The translations under genes and the position numbers were made by a program. From an uncultured Verrucomicrobiae bacterium (GTDB lineage: Bacteria; Verrucomicrobiota; Verrucomicrobiia; Chthoniobacterales; JAFAMB01): a DNA stretch of 64,000 bases. Below, piece by piece: positions 53,101 to 61,530 of this stretch. The stretch spans positions 96,001 to 160,000 of the forward strand of contig CAVXLD010000010.1 of the NCBI GenBank assembly GCA_963762565.1. Direction: 5' to 3'. How positions within the stretch are numbered: the first letter of the stretch is position 1; each line of letters opens with the position of its first letter. The notes beneath the pieces are model-generated. The model made no database searches, was not told the DNA's origin, and was given only the letters and a program-made list of their open reading frames with translations.

Positions 53101-53759
53101 TGATCAAGTACGAGGAGATGAATCGCAACCTTGATTTCATCTACACATTGACGCGTGACCGGATGGCGCAAAATGCAGGCAGTGGCGAGAAATTGAAGGG
53201 CCAAAACGTCGAAGTGCCACTTATCTGCGAACTGATCCCAATGCGTTGGTCCTATGAAGCGTTGGTGGATGCCCAAGCGAAAATGAATCCGTTTACGCGG
53301 CGTCAAGACTTGCTCAGCACGAAGATCGACGCTCTGGCGCACGAACCGAAACTAACCAGCGCTCAGGACGACCGGCTTGAAGATCTGAAGGAGGCCTTGG
53401 CGATTGTTTCCGGACTCGGGGGCAAGAACTCTACGGAGGTGGAACGGCGGCTTCACTTAATTGATGGGGTGATCGACGGTAAACCGCTGGACGAAAATAA
53501 TTTCGATCGAAAGGGAAACGTAGTCACCGCAGAGCAGCTTTTTCAAAACAAGAAGATTTCAGACATGCTCGTTGACGCGGAGATGAAACAGCGAGACTAC
53601 ACGTCGAAGCAGCGCAACGTGTTTTTCGGTCCGGAAAAGTTAGTCTTCGGCCAAACCATCAGTATCTTCCTGTTTGACTCGATTGTGATCAACGGCTTCA
53701 CCGTTTTGTTTCTGATATTGATTCTTTGGCGGCTGCATCGGCAATTAAGGATTGGGTAG
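50190..53759 (+). CDS. ABCG-type transporter (NBD then TMD) with a long N-terminal TerB-like and beta-rich region
   Basis: GASGCGKST, LSGGERKR, FLFDEPTSGL, TIH; C-terminal ABC-2-like TM helices; N-terminal SKVDGRILEEEI motif. Confidence 0.85.
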   Translation: MPQTLDAPAKQNGSMVRKARSLAAHTFRRLSRTRRAKSETRNLLPLLIQVLAGFSKVDGRILEEEIDSSLGFLRYDYPEAVYSELRTLFQRALREPQDLSSMAKRLAEELSQDRKIMLGVQLYDLIAKAGMQQEQVIAYYSFMSQLGMAAQAIDIVYQLNSADSADPSVYQKGTSPLESVIFGEDGTVDVPLKELKNGERLMAYRYHDLILFKNLSPRVVVVRGRSLSPGEFCRIYPGQRIIIGEQVITHQDLIFYFNAKKNVSLPRIFVTVNQNDEIVLEKAKTRDSSLEVQFGLKVQVFALKKVEAKLNGTPLEAGRTVTGALEDRIVFENSSELLLSDLRRRARAMGGRFQLKASKSVYLVSNNASLLESDDILLSPGTVGEVLLKISCDYDQLVGTLEVLQADRPVMVGETIVRGSAQLVDGNIIRIDAGQILRCNFSERIIEEERNIIRRLDVQDVSLRFRNGETALDGISFSANRGEIVCVMGASGCGKSTLLKTICGQLAPTSGAVLLNGQSLYNQVEALREYVAYIPQDDAFDEHLTIHENLDYAAAIRSPHLSAKDRLRRVDGKLIELGLSERRDSLVGSSVKKYLSGGERKRLNIGLDMISSADVFLFDEPTSGLSSKDSEHVIEIIRGLSHNKIVLVTIHTPTSKIFQMFSKAVLLDKGGRLVFFGTPQEMLQYFASVEHQQHFGTELGGCPACGTTRPEFIFDVLETPLRDLSGDVIYEENARGQLVASRRYSPDYWRDKYESFRLIQEMRQVSVVQPGSTASPIPSAKRQPIRWRDEWVKFQTVFKRAFVSKLRNRTNLWTTIFEAPLLSALIGFVLRYAENTRYDFEHAFHIPTYLFLSLVVAMFLGLTNSADDIIRDRTILQRERNLNIHLPYYVVSKFITLSLFAVIQSALFIAIGNTILEIRGMFWPYLWFIGTTAVSGVAGGLLISALVDDAKTAANIVPLVLIPQIILGGALIKYEEMNRNLDFIYTLTRDRMAQNAGSGEKLKGQNVEVPLICELIPMRWSYEALVDAQAKMNPFTRRQDLLSTKIDALAHEPKLTSAQDDRLEDLKEALAIVSGLGGKNSTEVERRLHLIDGVIDGKPLDENNFDRKGNVVTAEQLFQNKKISDMLVDAEMKQRDYTSKQRNVFFGPEKLVFGQTISIFLFDSIVINGFTVLFLILILWRLHRQLRIG

Positions 53760-53761
53760 CA

Positions 53762-53995
53762 TTGGTGGGGCGAGGCTCCGGAAAGATGTTCCGTGTCGCC
53801 AGAGCCGGACATTATTTGAGTTTCCGCGGTGTATTGTCCCAAAACGCATGCCGAGCCGGGCCCAGCGCCAGGCTGCGATTTGATGGCGCACGCTGGGAAC
53901 GGCTCGGCCAGCGTCTCGACACATCATAACGTGGAGACTGAACTGTCGTGGACCTTGATAATACGGGGCGTCGTTCGGGAGCCTCGCCCCACCAA
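53762..53995. repeat. REP doublet family B, copy 5 (inverted relative of copy 3)
   Basis: Starts 2 nt after the ABC stop codon; loop sequences resemble the reverse complements of those in 47893-48125. Confidence 0.85.
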
Positions 53996-54014
53996 TTCGG
54001 GAGCCTTACGAAAT

Positions 54015-54557
54015 CTAATGCACGAAAAACAGCGCTTGCGCGAAAAAGCCGACTCCGATCAGCCCTACTACTAAGCTCACCAGCCAGAAAGCTTTTCGCT
54101 TGATCAAGACGGAGATCGCACCAACCGCGATGGCAATTTGAAACAATGTTACACTGAAGGCCAGCGCTTCATGAGTGCCTAAGAGATGTTGGGCCTCTTT
54201 TTCTAAGCGCTCTGCATCCTTTCGAATATCTTCCTTCTCTTTTCCGTATTGAGCGAGCTTGGCCTTATCGGCGTCAGGCGCTGGTTTATCTAACGAGGCT
54301 AAGATATCTAACTTCCCGGCTATTTGCGCTTCCTTGATGCTCTTCGATTGGTAGTAGCTCCATTGATCGGACGATTCGATCTGTGATATCACTGCTTCAT
54401 TGGCATTATGCCCAGCCAGTAAAGACGCCACCGCGGCGAATGCCGCCAACAGAGCAGAACTTAACGCCACTCCCAAGATCCAAGGTTCAGTACTGTGCTC
54501 GGCACGCTCGTGGATGTGCTCGTGGAGATGTTCGGTTGGAACCTCAGGTTCTTCCAT
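54015..54557 (-). CDS. DUF4337-like membrane protein
   Basis: SDQWSYYQSKSIK motif, N-terminal TM, coiled coil, two C-terminal TMs. Confidence 0.8.
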   Translation of the reverse strand: MEEPEVPTEHLHEHIHERAEHSTEPWILGVALSSALLAAFAAVASLLAGHNANEAVISQIESSDQWSYYQSKSIKEAQIAGKLDILASLDKPAPDADKAKLAQYGKEKEDIRKDAERLEKEAQHLLGTHEALAFSVTLFQIAIAVGAISVLIKRKAFWLVSLVVGLIGVGFFAQALFFVH

Positions 54558-54723
54558 AAGAGTTTGCAGTTGGGGGTGCCGCTAATTGTTAACCGCCAAC
54601 GGCGGGAAGGTCGACCACAAATGCGACGGACGGGTAACGCCGTCGTCGCCGGCAACGATGCCCTTAGGGAGTGACCCAGCGGTTAACAAGGTCTCGTCCC
54701 GCGGCTGCGGGAAGGCAGCACTA

Positions 54724-56304
54724 CTAATGTCCGCCAGCTCCCGCCGGGGCTGGGCCCTTAGCCTTCTTAAACATGAGGATAATGGGTATCAACAACAGAC
54801 AGATCGGTACCAACATCCGAAACTGCTCCACATATGCCCATAGACCCGCCTGCGCTTGTAGAGCTTGATAAATTACTCCGTAGGCTTGCGATTGGGCAGC
54901 CTGACCAGATTGAACGGTCAGCGCGTGTTGTAAGGTGGAGAGTTGATTCCGGAATGGAGCATCCAGATTCGTTAGGTGTCCCACCATTAACGCCTGATGC
55001 GCTTGCGTGCTACGTGTCACCAGAGCGGTAACCAGCGAGATACCGACCGAGCCTCCTAAGTTTCTCATCAGGCTCGTTAGGCCAGCCGCGTCACCCATAT
55101 TCTCCCGTTTAACCGTGGCGACGGAAAATGTTGTCATCGGGACGAAAATGGATGTGATCGCGAAGCCGCTGATGACAATCGGCACCATCACCGTCTCGGG
55201 CGACATGTTGAGGTTGACCCCGCCAAGCAGGTACATCGTGAGCCCAAGAACCGCGGCGCCTTGTGCCATCCAAAGCCGGCCGTCGACCTTCGTCAGAATA
55301 CGCCCGGCAACCATGCTGCCGACGATGGCTCCGATTCCTCTCGGGCTCATCACTAGGCCAGCTTGTAGAGACGGATACCCCAACAGCAGCTGCAAGAACT
55401 GGGGTAGCACCGCTGTCGTGCCGTAAAGAACAGCGCCCACGCTGAAATTCAAGAGGACGCCAATGGCCAAGTTACGGTCTTTGAGAATCTGCAAATTAAC
55501 GATGGGGTGATCTCGAGTGAGCTCCCAAACCAGGAACACAACAAACCCGACGACCGCAAAGAAGCCTAGCCACCGGATGAAATCCGACGAAAACCAATCC
55601 TCGTCCTGGCCTTTATCGAGCAAGATCTGGAGACAGCCAATCCAGACAGCCAAAAGACCAAAACCAGCAAAATCGACTTTACCGGCCTTCGCATTCTTGA
55701 TGTAGGGCGGATCTTCCAGGAAGCGCAGACACATCAGAATCGCAATGATACCGATGGGAAGGTTAATATAGAATACCCAGCGCCAGGAATAGTTGTCCGT
55801 AATCCAACCACCCAGAGTTGGTCCAAGGATCGGCGCGACAACTACCCCCATCGCGTATACCGACATCGCTTGTCCGCGTTTTTCGGGCGGAAAAGTCTCC
55901 AAAAGAATTGCCTGCGCAACCGGTTGCAATGCTCCACCGCCGGCACCCTGCAGGATCCGAGCGAGGATCAAGAAGCCAAGGCTATTGGCAACGCCACAGA
56001 GAGCGGATGCGATAGTGAAAATCGTGATGCAGGTGATCAAAAAGCGGCGGCGGCCAAAGAACCGTCCCAGCCAGCCGGTAGCAGGCAAGATCACCGCGTT
56101 GGCAACCAAATAACTGGTGAGAACCCAGGTGGCCTCATCCGTACTGGCAGAGAGGTTTCCAGCGATGTGTGTCAACGAAACGTTTGCTACGGAGGTATCA
56201 AGCACCTCCATGAATGTGGCTGACATCACCGCTGCCGCGATGAACCAAGGATTCGCCGCCGGCCTCCACGGTTGGGCCGCTGCAGTTGGCGTTTGGTTCG
56301 CCAT
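54724..56304 (-). CDS. emrB: DHA2-family MFS multidrug efflux permease (EmrB/QacA type)
   Basis: MEVLDTSVANV, WVLTSYL, RILQGAGGG, PILGPTLGG, WRWVFYINLPIG. Confidence 0.93.
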   Translation of the reverse strand: MANQTPTAAAQPWRPAANPWFIAAAVMSATFMEVLDTSVANVSLTHIAGNLSASTDEATWVLTSYLVANAVILPATGWLGRFFGRRRFLITCITIFTIASALCGVANSLGFLILARILQGAGGGALQPVAQAILLETFPPEKRGQAMSVYAMGVVVAPILGPTLGGWITDNYSWRWVFYINLPIGIIAILMCLRFLEDPPYIKNAKAGKVDFAGFGLLAVWIGCLQILLDKGQDEDWFSSDFIRWLGFFAVVGFVVFLVWELTRDHPIVNLQILKDRNLAIGVLLNFSVGAVLYGTTAVLPQFLQLLLGYPSLQAGLVMSPRGIGAIVGSMVAGRILTKVDGRLWMAQGAAVLGLTMYLLGGVNLNMSPETVMVPIVISGFAITSIFVPMTTFSVATVKRENMGDAAGLTSLMRNLGGSVGISLVTALVTRSTQAHQALMVGHLTNLDAPFRNQLSTLQHALTVQSGQAAQSQAYGVIYQALQAQAGLWAYVEQFRMLVPICLLLIPIILMFKKAKGPAPAGAGGH

Positions 56305-56310
56305 AAATGA

Positions 56311-57579
56311 CTACGCCGGTTGCTTAACTTTGGGAGGTCTTGTACCCCACCAGAGAATGCCCAGGATAGCGACAGCAACCGAAGCCGAGACCATCATCAG
56401 CTGCAGAGGTGAGTAACGAAAGTCCTGTACTTTGACAGTCGGTACGACTGACTCTCCGGGACCGAGCGGCAGGCCGACATCTGGAGGCAGGTCGAACAGA
56501 ATCTTAATCGGGATTCGCTGAACCACCTTAACGTAGTTGCCGGTCGCGTTCTCCGGAGGCAAGAGACTAAACGCAGCTCCGCTGCCCATCTGGATGCTGT
56601 CGATATGACCTTCAAACTTTCGTCCGCCGAGAGCATCTACCTCGATCGCTACCGGCTGCCCGGGACGCATCAGCCGCACCTGATTTTCTTTATAGTTTGC
56701 CGTTACATAGATTTCTGACGGAACTAAAGCCATCAACGACTGACCAACCTGGACATAGTCTCCCGGCTCCACTGATTTGCTGGTGACCCGGCCAGTTTCC
56801 GACGCGTAGACCTTTGTATACGAATCGTTCAGTTTCGCCGAATCCAGGTTGGCGCCGTTTTCCTTCTCTTGCGCCAGAACGTACCCAAGCAGCGCCTCAA
56901 AAGTGCGCACTTGCGCTTCGCCTTCTGACTGTTGCGCCTCTCCCGCTACGACTTTCTTCTTCGCCGAATCAAGATTTGCTTGCGCCGCGCGGTCAGCGAC
57001 TTGCGAGTGAATCAAATCCTGGATCGATACCACATGCGTTTTGTAAAGATCCTGCTCTCGCCGTAGATCGTCGGACGTTTGATCGGCCTGCGCTTGGGAC
57101 GCTTGTTGATCCGCCTTATCCTGCTCAACCGTCGCTTGCAAACTTCTTACGTTAGCCATTTGCTGGTCCACGGCAGCCTGCGCGGACGCTGCTTCTGATT
57201 TCACGCTCTCGAGCGCCGCCTCTTTCTGCATCAACTGCGCGTCATAGTCGCGAGGATCAATCTGGACCAGCGGATCTCCCTTCTTCACCAGTTGATTGTC
57301 CCTTACTAAGACCGAGTCAATTCTTCCTGCAATTTTAGGGGCCACTTGGATCGTATGAGCAGCGATGAATGCGTCATCAGTCGATTCGTAGCTCGCCGAT
57401 TGCGCATAGAGATGGAGACCAACCGCTGCTGCCAAGAATACGAGGCAGATCCCGAATATTGTTCTCTTAAACCGCTTTCCGAGCCGGTCTCGCAGCGTCG
57501 CCCTTCGGGCGCTAGCTGGTAAGACTTTCGAGACCTCCTCTGTAATCTGTCGATAGTTCTCTTCCAGTGTCTGAGCCAT
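56311..57579 (-). CDS. emrA: HlyD/EmrA-family membrane fusion protein with an extra C-terminal TM helix
   Basis: ESTDDAF, VTANYKE, GAAFSLLPPENATGNYVKVVQRIP; start MAQTLEE inferred. Confidence 0.92.
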   Translation of the reverse strand: MAQTLEENYRQITEEVSKVLPASARRATLRDRLGKRFKRTIFGICLVFLAAAVGLHLYAQSASYESTDDAFIAAHTIQVAPKIAGRIDSVLVRDNQLVKKGDPLVQIDPRDYDAQLMQKEAALESVKSEAASAQAAVDQQMANVRSLQATVEQDKADQQASQAQADQTSDDLRREQDLYKTHVVSIQDLIHSQVADRAAQANLDSAKKKVVAGEAQQSEGEAQVRTFEALLGYVLAQEKENGANLDSAKLNDSYTKVYASETGRVTSKSVEPGDYVQVGQSLMALVPSEIYVTANYKENQVRLMRPGQPVAIEVDALGGRKFEGHIDSIQMGSGAAFSLLPPENATGNYVKVVQRIPIKILFDLPPDVGLPLGPGESVVPTVKVQDFRYSPLQLMMVSASVAVAILGILWWGTRPPKVKQPA

Positions 57580-57601
57580 GGCAGAATGTCCTGTTTCCGG
57601 A

Positions 57602-58243
57602 TTAAGCCTTGATCCCCTGATAAAAAATGTCCGTGATGCCTTTGAAATGCGCGGCAATCGATTCCGCGTCGTCTCCATATGCGGTGTGTCGAAGCATCGC
57701 GCTATGGACGGCATCACGAATGAAATCCGCGGCCGCCGAAAGATCTAATCCCTTTCGCACCAAACCCGCGTCTTGGGCTTGCTGCAAGCGCTCAACAAAA
57801 AGCGCCTTCCGTTTCAGCATGAATTCCTGAAGGGTACGGCGAGTAGACTCCGGCAAAATGGGAGCCTCGCCAATGAAAGCTCTCACGAGGGCCTCTTTTC
57901 CTCTCACAAGCGAGTAAAGCTCCCGGACATATCGCTCCAAACGAGCAAAGAGATCTTCCACCCAGTGCTCATCTGGCTGCACCAGAGCGTCGATAGAGGC
58001 GCAGCTCCGCTTAAGGGTCGAATGCAACAGCTCATCCCGGGTATGAAAATGACGAAAGATAGTCACTTCGTTCACGCCAGCCTCACGGGCAATCTCGCGA
58101 GTGGTAGCGCCCTGGAATCCATCCCTGGAGAAAACATGCTCAGCTGCGTCCAGAATTCGGTTCCTAGTCAGGTCAGCGGATCCGTTTTGGACGCGGATTC
58201 GTTTGGATACGACGTCTTCGTCCATGCAAGCACATACTTGCAT
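57602..58243 (-). CDS. TetR/AcrR-family regulator, paralog 1 (start may be 58225, 58243 or 58273)
   Basis: TRNRILDAAEHVFSRDGFQGATTREIAREAGVNEVTIFRHF. Confidence 0.9.
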   Translation of the reverse strand: MQVCACMDEDVVSKRIRVQNGSADLTRNRILDAAEHVFSRDGFQGATTREIAREAGVNEVTIFRHFHTRDELLHSTLKRSCASIDALVQPDEHWVEDLFARLERYVRELYSLVRGKEALVRAFIGEAPILPESTRRTLQEFMLKRKALFVERLQQAQDAGLVRKGLDLSAAADFIRDAVHSAMLRHTAYGDDAESIAAHFKGITDIFYQGIKA

Positions 58244-58272
58244 ATCCAGTTGAGTGCAAGCACTTACTTGCA
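58225..58272. promoter_or_regulatory. Operator pair, TGCAAG-N6-CTTGCA x2, 30-bp spacing
   Basis: TGCAAGCACATACTTGCA (58225) and TGCAAGCACTTACTTGCA (58255). Confidence 0.8.
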
Positions 58273-58492
58273 TGGTTCCTGGGCTCTGGTGGCCAGCCGG
58301 TGCGACCCGTGGTGCTGTTTTATCGGTTTCGGCCACAGGAAGAACCAGATTTTCTTCCTGTTTCTGCCTGTCAAAAAATATGGATTCTGTTCGCGTGGCA
58401 CTGTGGTTCTCATAACTCAGTGGGGAAAGCCATGGTTCTCGCCGGCCGAATCCTGTGGCAATCATTGCCGTGTCGGAGATTCGCCGGATTAA

Positions 58493-58540
58493 TGCAAGCA
58501 CTTACTTGCTATTCCAGCAGATTGCAAGTGCTTACTTGCA
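58493..58540. promoter_or_regulatory. Second operator pair, 30-bp spacing
   Basis: TGCAAGCACTTACTTGCT (58493) and TGCAAGTGCTTACTTGCA (58523). Confidence 0.8.
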
Positions 58541-58557
58541 AAAAGTAGGAAAAACGT

Positions 58558-58744
58558 GGGAGGGCGCGCTGCCTGTCCGACATAGCCTGGTGCGTGCAAG
58601 CAACTTTTCTCCCACCGGGGCGACGTCGGATCCTCGCGCGCCGCGAACAGGGTCCACAATTTTAGATCTAGGATAACGCAGGATCGGGTCTGTCGCGGAC
58701 TTCGAGAGCAATCCGGCGACTGCCGGACGAGGACGCGATCCCTC
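58558..58744. repeat. REP doublet family D, left arm filled with the 61-nt element E, right arm empty
   Basis: GGGAGGGCGCGC[TGCCTGTCCGACATAGCC-N31-GGCGACGTCGGA]TCCTCGCGCGCC ... GAGGACGCGATCCCTCC. Confidence 0.75.
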
Positions 58745-58751
58745 CTGGCTT

Positions 58752-59393
58752 CTACTTATGGATGCCCTGGATGAAAATCGAGACGACGGTCCGCAGATAA
58801 GTATCAACAGAGTAACCGCCGGTCCCATACATGGTATGACGAAGCATTCCTGTATGGACGGTATCGCGAAGGATATCCACAGCACAGCCGAGATCGACTT
58901 CGGGATTAACGTATCCCGCTTCTTTGGCTGCCTCGAGGCGTTCTATCAGGGCTGAGCGCACCGGAAGCATTTTCGCCTTGAGAGCTTCGCGTACAGCGGG
59001 TGGAAGGAGTCTGCCCTCACCCACGACCGCTCTGACTAACGCCTCTCGCTCCAAGAGCATCTCGTAGTACTTGCGGACGTACGCTTCTACTTCGCCCGGC
59101 AGGTCACGCTCCCAGGCGCTTTTTGGTCCAATCAGCTCTTCCGGAGCGATGCTGTGGCAAAGAATCGTTTCACGAAGGAGATCGTCGCGAGTGCGGAAAT
59201 GCCGGAAAAGCGTCACTTCATTGACGCCCGCTTCCCGGGCGATCTCGCGGGTGGTCGCTCCCTGGAAACCGTCCCGTGAAAACACCCGTTCGGCAGCTTC
59301 GATGATGCGTTGGCGAGTAAGGTCACCGTATGACCGGGTACGACGTACTGGGGTTGTTTCGTTTGGGTTAGTGATGCAAGTAGATACTTGCAT
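58752..59393 (-). CDS. TetR/AcrR-family regulator, paralog 2
   Basis: TRQRIIEAAERVFSRDGFQGATTREIAREAGVNEVTLFRHF; start MQVSTC inferred. Confidence 0.9.
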   Translation of the reverse strand: MQVSTCITNPNETTPVRRTRSYGDLTRQRIIEAAERVFSRDGFQGATTREIAREAGVNEVTLFRHFRTRDDLLRETILCHSIAPEELIGPKSAWERDLPGEVEAYVRKYYEMLLEREALVRAVVGEGRLLPPAVREALKAKMLPVRSALIERLEAAKEAGYVNPEVDLGCAVDILRDTVHTGMLRHTMYGTGGYSVDTYLRTVVSIFIQGIHK

Positions 59394-59422
59394 TTCAGGG
59401 CGAGTGCAACTTGAAGTTCGCA
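59375..59422. promoter_or_regulatory. Third operator pair (one good, one degenerate) overlapping the tetR2 start
   Basis: TGCAAGTAGATACTTGCA (59375) and TGCAACTTGAAGTTCGCA (59405). Confidence 0.7.
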
Positions 59423-59485
59423 CTACCGAATTGGAATCGCGAACAGTGAACCGTGAACTGCAATGTGCTATAAGATTAACAGTTT

Positions 59486-60076
59486 ATGAGTCCACGGAGC
59501 GCATCTCGACATCGGGAAACAGCAGAAACGTCTGTCAGCGTTGAGATTGTGCTTGATGGGTCGGGAGCCGGAGATATCGATACCGGAATCCCGTTTTTCG
59601 ATCATATGCTGATGCTGCTGGCCAAGCACAGCCTCTTCGATCTGACGGTCAAGGCTCGCGGCGACTTGGCGGTCGACCTCCATCACACGGTAGAAGATAC
59701 GGGTATCGTGCTGGGAGGAGCTTTGGCCACAGCTCTTGACGAAAAGACAGGAATCAGACGTTATGGATGGGCTCGAATACCGATGGACGAAACGTTGGCT
59801 CAAGTAACGATTGATTTGAGCGGACGCCCCTTTCTTGAATTTCGAGGACCATCGGAGGTAGATCCAATCGGCTCATTCGACTTCGGATTAGTGGAAGAGT
59901 TCACTCGAGCTCTAGCCATGTCGGCTGCGATGACCTTGCACGTAGAAGTTGAATACGGGAAAAACAACCATCACATTGCCGAAGCCATTTTTAAGGCGCT
60001 GGCGAGGGCCTTAGATATGGCTTGCCAGATAGATCCTCGAGTAAAAGGAGTACCCAGTTCAAAAGGTAGACTTTAG
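59486..60076 (+). CDS. hisB: Imidazoleglycerol-phosphate dehydratase
   Basis: [35 protein letters not shown]. Confidence 0.97.
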   Translation: MSPRSASRHRETAETSVSVEIVLDGSGAGDIDTGIPFFDHMLMLLAKHSLFDLTVKARGDLAVDLHHTVEDTGIVLGGALATALDEKTGIRRYGWARIPMDETLAQVTIDLSGRPFLEFRGPSEVDPIGSFDFGLVEEFTRALAMSAAMTLHVEVEYGKNNHHIAEAIFKALARALDMACQIDPRVKGVPSSKGRL

Positions 60077-60149
60077 GGCTGCAAGCGCTCATCCGGCGGC
60101 GGCGGGAATGAGCGGTGCCTCGAACAATTCTTAATGGAGACCGATTGAC

Positions 60150-60773
60150 GTGAATCTAGGACCAAGACTCGGACTGATTGATTACGGGTCCGGCAATCTG
60201 CTTAGCGTAGGCAAAGCATTGGAGGTGGCGGGTGCGCAGGTTACGCGTCTTGAGAGAGGACCGATTGAGGGGAGTTTCGATGCCATCGTTCTACCAGGAG
60301 TCGGAGCGTTCGGAGACTCTGTCAGCCAGCTCAAAAGCCGTGAGTTTTTTTTCCCACTCCAGAAGTGGTTAGGAGACGGAGGACGCTTCCTCGGGATTTG
60401 TCTCGGTTTTCAATTGCTCTTCGAATCAAGCGAGGAATCGCCGGAGGTCGCGGGCTTAGGAATATTTCAAGGACAGGTCAGAAAGCTTAATCAAGGGACA
60501 GTCAAGGTACCACAGATTGGTTGGAATTCGGTCAAGTGGACGGAGCATGCCCGCGCGCTATATGCGAACCTTCCTCCCGATCCTTACTTTTACTTCGTCC
60601 ACTCCTACTACCCCGAACCGCAAAACGAATCTATCGTCGCCGGCTACACTGAATACGGGAACCGCTTCGCCTCGGCGGTCGCGACCAAGAACTTGCTGGC
60701 TACCCAATTTCACCCAGAGAAAAGTCAAGAAAGCGGCCTGCTTTTACTCCGTCAATTTTTGGACACACTCTAA
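60150..60773 (+). CDS. hisH: Imidazole glycerol phosphate synthase glutaminase subunit
   Basis: DYGSGN, PGVGAF, GICLG, YFVHSY, QFHPEKS. Confidence 0.97.
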   Translation: MNLGPRLGLIDYGSGNLLSVGKALEVAGAQVTRLERGPIEGSFDAIVLPGVGAFGDSVSQLKSREFFFPLQKWLGDGGRFLGICLGFQLLFESSEESPEVAGLGIFQGQVRKLNQGTVKVPQIGWNSVKWTEHARALYANLPPDPYFYFVHSYYPEPQNESIVAGYTEYGNRFASAVATKNLLATQFHPEKSQESGLLLLRQFLDTL

Positions 60774-61519
60774 TGATTATCTTGCCTGCGATCGACCTGT
60801 TCGAGGGCCAGGTGGTACGTCTCCGCCAGGGCAAATTGGAACAAAAAACCGTTTACCCTGGAGATCCGCTGTTCTACGCGACGCGATGGGAAGAAGAAGG
60901 AGCGAACTGCCTCCATGTGATCGACCTGGAGGCCGCCTTCACTGGAGAACAACGGAATCTCGACCTGATCAAAAAACTGGTGAGTTCTTTGAATATCCCG
61001 GTCGAAGTCGGCGGCGGTATTCGGTCGTTCAAAGCGGCGGAAACCCTTTTGGAGGCCGGTGCGGCTCGGGTCGTAATTGGGACCAAAGCCGTCGAGGATC
61101 CCAAATTCCTGAATGGACTGGTGGCCGGATTCGGGGGTGACGCGATCGCCGTGGGCGTGGATGCGAAGGAAGGTAAGGTCGCCGTAAAAGGATGGGCGGA
61201 AGTCACCCATATCGATGCACTCGAGTTTATCGACCAGATTTGTCAGGTCGGGGTTGGTACGATCATTTTCACGGATATTGCCACTGACGGAATGCTTTCC
61301 GGTCCGAGTTTCAGCGCTCTTGAGGCCGTTCTGGAAAAGGCAACGTCCCAGGTCATTGCCAGCGGCGGCGTTGCGACCATCGACGATGTGAGACGCCTAG
61401 CCTCCCTACCCGGATTGTACGGGACGATTATCGGTAAAGCGCTCTTTGACGGGACGGTCGACCTAAGCGAAGCAGTGGCAGTCGCCAATGCCGCATCGGA
61501 TGCGAGAGGAGCCGTTTAA
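60773..61519 (+). CDS. hisA: ProFAR isomerase
   Basis: ILPAIDL, LHVIDL, VGGGIR, TDIATDGMLSG, IASGG. Confidence 0.96.
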   Translation: MIILPAIDLFEGQVVRLRQGKLEQKTVYPGDPLFYATRWEEEGANCLHVIDLEAAFTGEQRNLDLIKKLVSSLNIPVEVGGGIRSFKAAETLLEAGAARVVIGTKAVEDPKFLNGLVAGFGGDAIAVGVDAKEGKVAVKGWAEVTHIDALEFIDQICQVGVGTIIFTDIATDGMLSGPSFSALEAVLEKATSQVIASGGVATIDDVRRLASLPGLYGTIIGKALFDGTVDLSEAVAVANAASDARGAV

Positions 61520-61530
61520 GGTTTCAGGTT

